Below, piece by piece: positions 37,826 through 46,746 of a stretch of DNA of 64,000 bases. Numbering within the stretch: the stretch's first letter is position 1; each line of letters begins with the position of its first letter. The DNA is taken from positions 480,001-544,000 of the forward strand of contig CAXXGI010000002.1 in assembly GCA_963674695.2 (NCBI GenBank), given 5' to 3'. Both the position numbers and the translations under genes were made by a program. This stretch comes from a bacterium. Lineage in GTDB: Bacteria > UBA10199 > 2-02-FULL-44-16 > JAAZCA01. The notes below the pieces were generated by a model, which worked only from the letters and a program-made list of their open reading frames with translations, was not told where the DNA came from and made no database searches.

Positions 37826-40030
37826 ATGAAGAACAACACACTGACGCGTCGCTTCTCCTCGACGATAGTCATCATGGGTGCAGCCGCCGTGCTCTTCTGG
37901 CTCGGCTGCGCTTCCGGCATCAATCCACCCGATGGCTGGGATGGAGGTGACTCGGTCACCATTCCCATCCTGACCATCAGCGGCAGCATCATCACACCGA
38001 CGTCCGCCTCCATTGTGGGTGCCGATGCCTCGGTCGTCGCTGATATCAGCGGCGCCACCTACGACGCCACCCTCACGCTCAACGGTGAAGTGGTCGGCAG
38101 CTGCACCGTCGCCAACAGCATACTCGACTGCCCCTTCTACGAGCTGAACGAAGTTCCAGCCGATGGCAGCGAACTGGTCCTCACCGTCACGCCCAGCGGC
38201 GGAACCGAACCCCTGATTCAGGGCAGCTTCTCCTTTACCATGCCGGAGGGCATCTCCTTCGACGCCGGCACCTTTGACATGGACTCTACGCTCGCCTACT
38301 GGTCGCTGCAGTACGAGCCGGTCCAGGCGCACATCGCCAGCCTGAGCCAAAGCGCGGGCAAGGCGATGAGCGCGACGGCCGCCGCGCTTGCCGAACGGTT
38401 CGAAACCGCGATCACATTCGGGACGGGGGACCTCTCTGAAGCGGAAGACGCAGCCACAACGGCTCTGGCCCTGATGTATGCATGGCGCGTGGCCTACGTT
38501 GCGAACTTCGGTGAAGGGCTGGGCGAGGCGATCGAGGGCTACCTCCCCGTGGTCGCCCCCTACCTGTTGGTCATCGCCAACAACGCCGATTCGCTCTCCG
38601 ACGACGATCTGCTCTTCAGTGTGCTGGGCCTCAATTCGGACGCCGTCCAGTCCTCCCTGTTCGACACGCTCATGGCGATGGACTATACGGGAGATCGGGG
38701 CCAGATGTTGCTCGGCGCATTCGCATTTGTCGATTTCCTCTCCGACCTGCAATTGCTGGGCAACGGCGACACCTATGACGAGATCTACCAGCTGATGTTG
38801 GCCCAGGATGGCGGCGACCAGCTGACCAATGCCATCCTCGGGTGCATGGGCGACGGCTCGGTCACCGAGGCCTGCGTCTCCGGTACGATGCGGCCCAGCG
38901 GTGTGGTCTCGGCCAACGGCTGGCAGAACTGCCGCAATCACATGAAGATCTACGGCTTCAGCCTCATGACGACGGCGACGGAGGCCACCCCGAGCGCGGC
39001 GACGCTGCGCGCCATGAACCAAGCGATCGGCTGTTCGATCACCGCGTTCCCTGGTGGTATCGTCGATTATTTCTACCAGACCTTCTCCCATTCGGGAGGA
39101 GTCTCTGGGTTCATCGGGGATATTCTCTCCGGAACCGATCCCACCGGCGGTATCGTCGATCTGGAGGATAGCGAAACGTGGATGAACTGCCTGGTCCAAT
39201 GCGGCCAGACCCTCGGAATCGATGTCCTCAACGGCACGGTCGAGGAGACCTCGTCCTGTCTGATCCCCACCTTCGGGCCCACCTTCGTCGATGCTCAGAT
39301 GACGCCAGTCCTCATCAACGCCTTCGGCGGCAATCCAACCGCTTTCCTCGGTGAGTTCGAAAACAGCTCGGGTGATGATGATGATGGTGATGATGATGAC
39401 GACGAGACCAACGACGACGCCATCTGGACGCTGAGTACGTTGGAGGGCACGTTGTGCACCGCTCTGGAAGCGGCGGGTTACACGGAAGGGATCACCGTCA
39501 CCAGCACGCAGGGATTGGAAGGCGACGACTTCATCCTGTTCACCAAGGACGGCTCCGCCATCTTCACCGGCGACTCCGTCGGTGCACAGGGCGGCATCGA
39601 GATGATCGGCGGCTATTCGCAGCCCTGGGATTCGGATGAAGAGGCTCGCGTCCATCACCTCGTCGCCGATGAAAACGTCCTCTGCAACTTCCATATACTC
39701 TACGACGGGGAAACACCGATAATTCACTTTAGCTGCGACATACCGCAGTACTGCAGGCTCAACTTCGTGCTGAGCAGCGGTACGAGCCCTGTCGAGCCTG
39801 ACGGTGACGATGATGATGATGATGACGGTGGTGAAGATGAGTGTACGGAAGATTCTATCTGTGGCGCTATGACGGCTCAGGGCGGAGAAGTGTTTGGAGG
39901 TTTCTGCATGGCCTGCACATGGCCCGCCGATGGTACTACTCTTGGGTGCTTAGTTGATGTCTGTAATTTGGCTCCGCCTGAACAGGCTGCTCCGTGTGTC
40001 GGCTGGATCAACGAGACGTGTGGAGGGTGA
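37826..40030 (+). CDS. Large acidic hypothetical lipoprotein with poly-Asp linkers and Cys-rich C-terminus
   Basis: Lipobox WLGC; very few Lys/Arg; two poly-Asp tracts; paired cysteines. Confidence 0.72.
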   Translation: MKNNTLTRRFSSTIVIMGAAAVLFWLGCASGINPPDGWDGGDSVTIPILTISGSIITPTSASIVGADASVVADISGATYDATLTLNGEVVGSCTVANSILDCPFYELNEVPADGSELVLTVTPSGGTEPLIQGSFSFTMPEGISFDAGTFDMDSTLAYWSLQYEPVQAHIASLSQSAGKAMSATAAALAERFETAITFGTGDLSEAEDAATTALALMYAWRVAYVANFGEGLGEAIEGYLPVVAPYLLVIANNADSLSDDDLLFSVLGLNSDAVQSSLFDTLMAMDYTGDRGQMLLGAFAFVDFLSDLQLLGNGDTYDEIYQLMLAQDGGDQLTNAILGCMGDGSVTEACVSGTMRPSGVVSANGWQNCRNHMKIYGFSLMTTATEATPSAATLRAMNQAIGCSITAFPGGIVDYFYQTFSHSGGVSGFIGDILSGTDPTGGIVDLEDSETWMNCLVQCGQTLGIDVLNGTVEETSSCLIPTFGPTFVDAQMTPVLINAFGGNPTAFLGEFENSSGDDDDGDDDDDETNDDAIWTLSTLEGTLCTALEAAGYTEGITVTSTQGLEGDDFILFTKDGSAIFTGDSVGAQGGIEMIGGYSQPWDSDEEARVHHLVADENVLCNFHILYDGETPIIHFSCDIPQYCRLNFVLSSGTSPVEPDGDDDDDDDGGEDECTEDSICGAMTAQGGEVFGGFCMACTWPADGTTLGCLVDVCNLAPPEQAAPCVGWINETCGG

Positions 40031-40142
40031 TGATACCGTCAATTGCTTGACCGACATCTGCAACAATTTTGGAGAGTCGGCTGATGATTGCATCGCCACT
40101 ATTTCCCAGGCCGGGTGTGAATAAGAAACGCAGCGGATAAAC

Positions 40143-40177
40143 AAAAAAACGGACCCCCGAGGGGGCCCGTTTTTTTT
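40143..40177. terminator. Bidirectional intrinsic terminator after tmRNA
   Basis: A7-CGGACCCC-CGAG-GGGGCCCG-T-tract hairpin. Confidence 0.8.
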
Positions 40178-40519
40178 GGTGGAGGCGGGGAGAATCGCAC
40201 TCCCGTCCGTGAATGCTTTGTGTGTGCCTCTACATGCTTACGCCGTGTATTGAATTTCGCGCGTTGCAGCTCCCACGGAAAGGATCTGCGAGGCACTATC
40301 CCCGATGAGTCTCGCTCTCCCGCGCCGGGGAAGACTTGGGAGAGCCAGCCTGCTAAGGGCGTCTCGCGGCGTAGCGGGCGTCAGCCGGTCGACGTGACGG
40401 CTTTAAGCCGCCATTGCGTAATTGTTGTCAATTACAGGTGTGCCAACAGTTTTACGACTTGCTGACAGGTCGGCATGCCACACACACTCTACGATCCACG
40501 TCGAAATCTCTTCGCCCCC
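40177..40519 (-). ncRNA. ssrA: Transfer-messenger RNA; tag (A)DNNYAMAA*
   Basis: 5' GGGGGCGAAGAGATTTCGAC, 3' CCCCGCCTCCACCA; tag frame GAC AAC AAT TAC GCA ATG GCG GCT TAA; follows smpB. Confidence 0.93.
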
Positions 40520-40654
40520 GCCCGCCACACGAGCCTCGCGCAGCCGGCGGGAACGTCCACCACAGTCACTTTTCAAAGAACAGCTTCATTAGAGCACGCT
40601 TTCAGCGCTTTTGTTTTTCGTCCCTCGTCCCTCGGGCTCTTCAGGTTCCCAGGT

Positions 40655-41122
40655 TCATCGCCTTCTCTTGAGCGCGGCGGACAGTTCGCGATTCGATTCG
40701 CGTTTCTTGATCGAGGCGCGCTTGTCATACTGTTTCTTGCCCCGCCCCAGTCCCAACTCGACCTTCGCGTGACCCTTTCGGAAATAGACCATGAGCGGCA
40801 CGAGCGTCAAGCCGCGTTCGTGCAGTTTCACCGCGAGCTTGGCGATCTCCCGCGCGTGCAGCAGGAGCTTGCGCGTGCGACGGGGTTCGTGCCCGAAGAT
40901 GCTGGCTGGATCGTAGGGCGCGATATGGGCGTGCAAGAGCCAGACCTCATGATCCTTGATGATCGCGTAGGAGTCGGCGAGGTTCACTTTTCCCGCGCGC
41001 AGGCTCTTGACCTCGCTGCCCATGAGCACGAGCCCCGCCTCGATCTTGTCATCGATCTGAAAGTCGTGGAAGGCCTTCCGGTTCTTCGTGACGACCAGGA
41101 TGTCAGAGGGTGTCTTCTTCAT
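40655..41122 (-). CDS. smpB: SsrA-binding protein
   Basis: NRKAFHDF, EAGLVLMGSEVKSLR, RKLLLH, GKKQYDKR. Confidence 0.96.
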   Translation of the reverse strand: MKKTPSDILVVTKNRKAFHDFQIDDKIEAGLVLMGSEVKSLRAGKVNLADSYAIIKDHEVWLLHAHIAPYDPASIFGHEPRRTRKLLLHAREIAKLAVKLHERGLTLVPLMVYFRKGHAKVELGLGRGKKQYDKRASIKKRESNRELSAALKRRR

Positions 41123-41693
41123 GTGCCAGGTGTCGCCCAAACTGCTCGGCGAAGACGATCGTCTGCAGCGGGTGGCGCGGTGTTGCTTCGGGTTTTTCGC
41201 GCGCGGTGCCCAATGCGATGAGGGTGACGACGTATGCGTTTTCCGGAATGCCCAGCACCGGACGCATCCGTTCCTGTTTGAACTGCGAGATCCAGAGGCT
41301 TCCAAGTCCTTCGTCGGTGGCCGCCATCACCAGGTGATCGGCGGCAATGGTGGCATCGCGTACGGTCTTGATGAGCGCCTCGACGTTCCGCGGGTCATCG
41401 GCGGAGGGCATGCTTGAGGCGAACTCGGGTTTGAGCTTCGCCGAGATATCGCCGATGACGGCGATGGTGACCGGTGCCTCCGTGAGCGAAACCTGTCCCT
41501 CGGCGGCGGTGAAGAGCTTCTTCTTGATTGCCCGGTCGCGCACCACGATGAAACGCCAGGGCTGGCTGTTGTTTCCTGAGGGTGCAAATCGCGCCGCTTC
41601 GAGGATGCGTTCGAGTGTGGCGTCGTCGATGTCGTGCTGTTCATATCGACGAATGCTGCGGCGTTTCTTGGCCAAATCGAGGAAGAAACTCAT
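41103..41693 (-). CDS. Nitroreductase family protein
   Basis: RRSIRRY, APSGNNSQPWRF, GLGSLW; overlaps smpB start by 20 nt. Confidence 0.9.
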   Translation of the reverse strand: MSFFLDLAKKRRSIRRYEQHDIDDATLERILEAARFAPSGNNSQPWRFIVVRDRAIKKKLFTAAEGQVSLTEAPVTIAVIGDISAKLKPEFASSMPSADDPRNVEALIKTVRDATIAADHLVMAATDEGLGSLWISQFKQERMRPVLGIPENAYVVTLIALGTAREKPEATPRHPLQTIVFAEQFGRHLAHEEDTL

Positions 41694-41771
41694 GGGGTAG
41701 CTCCGTTGATGTCGTAAAATCGGACCATAGCGGCCGTTTGTCTGCGCGTCAAGTGGCCTGCGAGGAATGGG

Positions 41772-42407
41772 TCAGGGTGTGGCGGGTTCGTGGTCCTGAA
41801 CGATGCCGCCGCTGATGATCAGCTTGAAGGCATATTCGATGCTGATGTTAATCTTGATCGCGTCTTCCTGCGGTACCATGATGAGAAAACCCGAGGTGGG
41901 GTTCGGCGTGGTGGGGACGAAGATGTTGATGACGTGCGCGGCGGTGGCATCCTGAATCTTCCGAATGGGTTCACCCGTGACGAAGCCGAGCACCCAGCAG
42001 CCCTTGCGCGGATATTCCACCAGGACGACGCTCTCGAACTTGTCTTCGCTGCGCGTGAGGATCGTGCCCAGGAATTGTTTGATGCTCTTATAGATCGTGC
42101 GCCCCAGCGGAATCTGTTCGATGATGCGATCGCCGAGTGCCACCATACGGTTGACGATATAGAGGCGCGTGATGAAACCGACTCCCAGGAGGAGGACGAC
42201 GGTCACGATGATGCCGAAGCCGGGAATATTTCGGCCGAAGAGTGAGGCTGGCTGCATGCGCAGCGGCAAGAGCGAGATAACCAGGTCGTCGATGCCGGTG
42301 ATGATAAATTTGAGAATCCAGATCGTGGCGATCAAGGGAATCGTGACCGCCATGCCCGCGAGCAGATAGCGCTTGAAGATTCGTTTGAGGGATGTTCCAA
42401 AGTTCAT
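41772..42407 (-). CDS. DUF502 family membrane protein
   Basis: VLVEYPR.G, FVPTTPNPTSGF, IISGG motifs. Confidence 0.88.
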   Translation of the reverse strand: MNFGTSLKRIFKRYLLAGMAVTIPLIATIWILKFIITGIDDLVISLLPLRMQPASLFGRNIPGFGIIVTVVLLLGVGFITRLYIVNRMVALGDRIIEQIPLGRTIYKSIKQFLGTILTRSEDKFESVVLVEYPRKGCWVLGFVTGEPIRKIQDATAAHVINIFVPTTPNPTSGFLIMVPQEDAIKINISIEYAFKLIISGGIVQDHEPATP

Positions 42408-42446
42408 GGTCTGTCCCTGGAAAAGTTATGCATGTCGTTCATAAGG

Positions 42447-42517
42447 TGTCATTCCCGCGAACGCGGGAATCTCGCTTTTTACAGTAGATCGAGATCCCCG
42501 TTTTCACGGGGATGACA
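42447..42517. repeat. REP-like palindromic element (TGTCAT...ATGACA family)
   Basis: Near-identical to the 35776 copy, including the CTCGCTTTTTAC spacer. Confidence 0.88.
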
Positions 42518-42566
42518 AAAAGCAATGCCCCCTTTGCTTGGAGGTATGGTCACGTGAGGACACGCA

Positions 42567-43856
42567 CTACGCCGACTTCAGAATGTTTCCGTCCACCACC
42601 ACGGTGACGACGCGCTGGGGATCGGTCTGTTTCACGAGCTGTTCATAGAGTTCGGATTCGTTCGGTGCGTTTGTCGCCTCGGGTGCGCGCACGACGATGT
42701 AGTCGGCCTTCTTTCCCTGTTCGAGCGTGCCGATCTGCGGGTCCAGCCCCAGCGCGCGCGCGGATCCGACGGTTGCCATGCGCACGACATCGCGGGCAGT
42801 CAGGGCCGACGGCTCCGTCGCCATCGCGGTGCGCATCTCCTCCCACAGGTTGAACCCGAGGCGCGTGTGCCATCCTTCGGTTCCGAGCCCCACCGGAATG
42901 CCGTGCTCCATGAGCTTGGCATAAGGGAATTTGCCGTGCTTCATGACCGCGTTCATTGTGGGGCACCAGACCACGCGCGCGAGACTTCGCGCGAGGACCG
43001 CAAAGTCGTTGCCCGACAGATGGAGCCCGCCGACCACGATCGTGGGTGCGTCGAAGAAGTTGATGTCGGCCAGATAGGTGATCGGCGTCTTGCGCTGTGC
43101 GGGCGGCAGTTCCAGCCACCCCAGCGCGGGGAAGACGTCGGTGGCGATCGGTCCTTCCGAATCGAAGAAGAATTCCATTTCCGCAAACGATTCGGCGGCA
43201 TGGATCATGAGCGGAATGGAGGCATCGTGCGCGTGTCGGCTGATGATGCGTAGGAGATTTCGCGAGAGCAGATACGGTGCGTACGGTCCTAGCCCCACAC
43301 GTGTGCGGTCAAGCGTGTCGTCGGTGTATTTCTCCAGGAGTGCGAGCGCCACTTCGAAGCGCTGCTGAGCCGCATCGCCGCGCCCCGCCAAAATCTCCGG
43401 AAAGATCACGGCGCGCAGGCCCATCTCATCCAGAATCTTGAACGTCCCCTCGAAGTGGGTCATATCGCCCGCACAGGTCACCCCGGTTTCGATGAGGCGG
43501 GTCACCCCCTTCTGGATGCCGTCCATCACTTTCTCGGGTTCCGTCTCCTGTTTATAATCGATGGAGGAAATGAGCGTGTCGATGAATTCGACGTGCACGC
43601 CATCGAGGCTCGCATCGGCAAAGGTTGTCGCCGCGTAGAAGGTGGTCAGGTCCAGGTGGCTGTGGGCGTTGATGAGCCCCGGCATGAGGATCGACTCTGG
43701 ATTGGTTTTGACCGGGGCGTCCGGGTAGCGCTGCGTGAGTGCTTCAAGCGTCCCTACCGCGTGAATCTTGTCCAACTCGACGGCGATGGCGCCGTCAGCC
43801 ACCGGGGCGCAGCCGTTGGTCATGGGGAGCATCTGGGAAGCGGTAATAATTTCCAT
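42567..43856 (-). CDS. Amidohydrolase family protein (MtaD/deaminase-like)
   Basis: MPGLINAHSHLD, IHAAES, G.LE.GKKAD motifs. Confidence 0.85.
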   Translation of the reverse strand: MEIITASQMLPMTNGCAPVADGAIAVELDKIHAVGTLEALTQRYPDAPVKTNPESILMPGLINAHSHLDLTTFYAATTFADASLDGVHVEFIDTLISSIDYKQETEPEKVMDGIQKGVTRLIETGVTCAGDMTHFEGTFKILDEMGLRAVIFPEILAGRGDAAQQRFEVALALLEKYTDDTLDRTRVGLGPYAPYLLSRNLLRIISRHAHDASIPLMIHAAESFAEMEFFFDSEGPIATDVFPALGWLELPPAQRKTPITYLADINFFDAPTIVVGGLHLSGNDFAVLARSLARVVWCPTMNAVMKHGKFPYAKLMEHGIPVGLGTEGWHTRLGFNLWEEMRTAMATEPSALTARDVVRMATVGSARALGLDPQIGTLEQGKKADYIVVRAPEATNAPNESELYEQLVKQTDPQRVVTVVVDGNILKSA

Positions 43857-43879
43857 GGGTGCCTTCCTTGCGGTTGTTC

Positions 43880-43954
43880 GTCATTCTGAGTGAAGCGAAG
43901 AATCCCTTGAACCTATCGATTTACTGGAGATTCTTCGCTTTGCCCAGAATGACA
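43880..43954. repeat. Related palindromic element (GTCATTCTGAG...AGAATGACA variant)
   Basis: GTCATTCTGAGTGAAGCGAAGAATC ... GATTCTTCGCTTTGCCCAGAATGAC. Confidence 0.75.
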
Positions 43955-43994
43955 GCCGATATGCCAGAACATCCAAAAAAATCGCGTTAATCTA

Positions 43995-44858
43995 TCAGAT
44001 GCGGGCGCGAGGAGCAATATCGAACAGTCGGTTGTCGATGAGGCGGGCCGGGCCCACGAAGGCGGCAAGTGCCAGCAGCGCGTCTTTCTGCACGGTGGGG
44101 ATTTCTTCGAGGGTCTCGGGGTCGACGAGTGTGGCGTAGTCGATGCGGGGGATTCCAGTCGCTTCGATTATTTCACGGACTTCACCGAGGATGCGTTTGG
44201 CCGAGGTCTCGCCCGCGCCGATCATCTCGCCGGCGCGATCGAGCGCGCGGGAGAGCGATGTGGCGGCCGTGCGTTCCTGAGGCGAGAGATAGCGGTTGCG
44301 CGAGCTCATCGCCAGGCCGTCGGCTTCGCGCACGATGGGGCAGCCGACGATCTCGACGGGGAGACCCAGGTCTTGCACCATGCGGCGGATGACGGCCAGC
44401 TGCTGAAAATCCTTTTCGCCAAAGAGGGCGATGTCCGGTTCGACGATGTGGAAGAGTTTCGCCACCACCGTCGCCACACCGGAGAAGTGCCCGGGGCGCG
44501 AGGCGCCACAGAGGTGTCGCGCGATATCCGGAACGTCGATTCGCGTCTGGGCGCCCTCGGGATACATGATCGCATCGGTCGGCAGAAAGACGGCATCGCC
44601 GCCGACGGAGCGGACCTGGTCGAGGTCGCCCGCGAGATTACGCGGATAGGCGGCGAGATCCTCGTTCGGTCCAAACTGGGTCGGGTTCACATAGATGGAG
44701 ACGACGAGGTAATCCGCGTGTCGCTTCCCTTCGCGCATGAGCGAGAGGTGTCCCTCATGCAGCGCGCCCATCGTCGGCACGAAGGCGATGCGCTTTCCCT
44801 CACGCCGGGCGGTGCGGGAGAATGAGCGCATGCGGTCGATGGTGTCGAAGGTCTTCAT
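43995..44858 (-). CDS. panC: Pantoate--beta-alanine ligase
   Basis: VPTMGALHEGH, VNPTQF, RPGHF.GV, GEKDFQQ, AMSSRN, RLIDN. Confidence 0.96.
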   Translation of the reverse strand: MKTFDTIDRMRSFSRTARREGKRIAFVPTMGALHEGHLSLMREGKRHADYLVVSIYVNPTQFGPNEDLAAYPRNLAGDLDQVRSVGGDAVFLPTDAIMYPEGAQTRIDVPDIARHLCGASRPGHFSGVATVVAKLFHIVEPDIALFGEKDFQQLAVIRRMVQDLGLPVEIVGCPIVREADGLAMSSRNRYLSPQERTAATSLSRALDRAGEMIGAGETSAKRILGEVREIIEATGIPRIDYATLVDPETLEEIPTVQKDALLALAAFVGPARLIDNRLFDIAPRARI

Positions 44859-45673
44859 GGTGTTTCGTTCGTCCGATGATGGCCGTGCGCTTCGGTGGGG
44901 AAGGTGCCTTCACGCACTTCGGCGACGAAGCGACTAACGGCGTCGACGACGAACGCGTGGCCGTCGGCATAGACCTTGAGAAAGCCGGGTTGGAAATCGG
45001 GGTTGAGCCCCAGCAGATCTGTCACGACGAGCACCTGTCCCGAGCAGTCTGGTCCCGCCCCGATGCCGACGGTGGGAATGGTGATCGCCGCGGTGACATC
45101 GCGTGCGGCCTCGATGGCCACGCCTTCGAGCACGATGCAGAAGGCACCGGCCTCCTCGAAGGCGCGCGCTTCGTCGATGAGTTCGTTCGTCGCATCCTGT
45201 GTGCGTCCCTGGATCTTGTAGCCGCCCATGGCGTGCACGCGCTGGGGTTTGAGCCCGATGTGCGCGATCACCGGAATGCCGGCGGCCACCATGAGTCGCG
45301 TCGTCTCGACCATCTCGAGGCCGCCTTCGATCTTGATCGCCCCCGCGCGTCCGTCTTTGAGCGCGCGTCCGGCGGCGAGCATCGCCTGTGAGGGAGAAGC
45401 CTGATAACTCATGAAGGGGAGGTCGGCGATCACCATCGCGCGCTGGCTTCCGCGCGCCACGCAGCGGCAGTGATAGAGCACTTCGTCGAGCGTGACGGGA
45501 ATGGTCGAGTCGTGCCCCTGCACGACATGCCCGAGCGAATCGCCCACGAGGATGAAATCCACGCCCGCTTCATCGACGAGCCGCGCCATCGTCGCATCAT
45601 AGGCCGTGATCATCGCGAGCTTCTCCCCCGCGCGATATTTTTTCAGGATGTTCGAAACCGTAGTTCGTTTCAT
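44855..45673 (-). CDS. panB: 3-methyl-2-oxobutanoate hydroxymethyltransferase
   Basis: TAYD, LVGDSLG, DLPFMSY, HIGL.PQ, GIGAG. Confidence 0.96.
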   Translation of the reverse strand: MKRTTVSNILKKYRAGEKLAMITAYDATMARLVDEAGVDFILVGDSLGHVVQGHDSTIPVTLDEVLYHCRCVARGSQRAMVIADLPFMSYQASPSQAMLAAGRALKDGRAGAIKIEGGLEMVETTRLMVAAGIPVIAHIGLKPQRVHAMGGYKIQGRTQDATNELIDEARAFEEAGAFCIVLEGVAIEAARDVTAAITIPTVGIGAGPDCSGQVLVVTDLLGLNPDFQPGFLKVYADGHAFVVDAVSRFVAEVREGTFPTEAHGHHRTNETP

Positions 45674-45723
45674 GGTTTTGTAATGGGGGCAAGTTTTGAC
45701 GTGGGACATGTCCTGTTTTTGTT

Positions 45724-45803
45724 TGTCATCCCCGAGTGCTTGAATCGGGGATCTCGATGTACGCTTGAATCGGGATTCCCGATTGAGACATTCGGGAATG
45801 ACA
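45724..45803. repeat. REP-like palindromic element (TGTCAT...ATGACA family)
   Basis: TGTCATCCCCGAGTGCTTGAATCGGGGATCTCG ... CGGGATTCCCGATTGAGACATTCGGGAATGACA. Confidence 0.8.
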
Positions 45804-45814
45804 CCTCTTTGGGG

Positions 45815-46456
45815 CTATCTCGCAATCAAATGTACCGTGCCGCCGCGGTGGGAGAGGATTGCCTTCTTGAGGTTGGAGAAGTCCTCGGGGTTTTCGATGT
45901 AGTTCTGGTTCGAGGTGTCCACGACCAGCAGCGGGGTCTCCTCATAGGCGAGGAAGTGCCGGTTGTAGGTATCGGTGAGCTTGCGCAGATAGTCCTCGGT
46001 GATCGGGGTCTCGTATTCGACGCCGCGCTTCTTGATGCGCTGCATGAGCACGCGCGGTTCGGCCTGCAGATAGATCACGAGGTCGGGTTTTAAGAGCCGC
46101 TCGTGCAGGAGCTGGAAGACGGTGTTGTAGAGCGCCATCTCGTCGTCGCTCAAATTGATGCGCGCGAAGATCGCATCCTTGGCGAAGGTATAGTCGACGA
46201 TCGCCATCCGGTTGAACAGATCCATCTGGCGCAGGCCCAGCTGTTGCTGATAGCGGTTGAGCAGAAAGAAGAGCTGCGTCTTGAAGGCGTTGGTCTTGGG
46301 GTCCTTGTAGAACTCCGGCAGAAAGGGGTTCTTCTCCGCCGGTTCGAGCACCAGGTGCGCGTCGATCTCCTCGGAGAGCATGCGCGCCAGGGTGGTCTTT
46401 CCCGCGCCGATCGGTCCATCCACCGCAATATAATGAAGGGGCTTGGTCGATTGCAT
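45815..46456 (-). CDS. Deoxynucleoside kinase
   Basis: GPIGAGKTT P-loop, TQLFFL.NR, PDLVIYLQA, RIKKRG..YE. Confidence 0.92.
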   Translation of the reverse strand: MQSTKPLHYIAVDGPIGAGKTTLARMLSEEIDAHLVLEPAEKNPFLPEFYKDPKTNAFKTQLFFLLNRYQQQLGLRQMDLFNRMAIVDYTFAKDAIFARINLSDDEMALYNTVFQLLHERLLKPDLVIYLQAEPRVLMQRIKKRGVEYETPITEDYLRKLTDTYNRHFLAYEETPLLVVDTSNQNYIENPEDFSNLKKAILSHRGGTVHLIAR

Positions 46457-46662
46457 ATCTGGGGTCTAACAGAGCGAAAAACCTTTGTCCAGGACGGGGA
46501 AAATGCGGCATGAGGTCGTGTGCGCGTTGACGCATGTCATGTTTTTGACGCAGATGTCCTCTCGATTCGATTATCGTGATGATAAGTCGTTTTCTTTGTG
46601 AAGAAGTGGCATGTAAGTCTATATATTATAAGCATATTTTAAATTACCCCGCAAAATACACT

Positions 46663-46678
46663 TGGTACATATTTTGCT
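46663..46678 (+). promoter_or_regulatory. Sigma-54 promoter of the giant gene
   Basis: TGGTAC-ATATT-TTGCT (GG-N10-GC) in an AT-rich intergenic region. Confidence 0.62.
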
Positions 46679-46746
46679 TATAAGTCTCCTTGCTCCATGT
46701 TAGGGAAATACATGTCTGTGGATAAAAGTGTGGGAGTATAGTGTTC

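Noticed and set aside
46500-46740. AT-rich region as a replication origin
   Set aside because: Only one DnaA box and no dnaA/dnaN context; better explained as a divergent promoter region.
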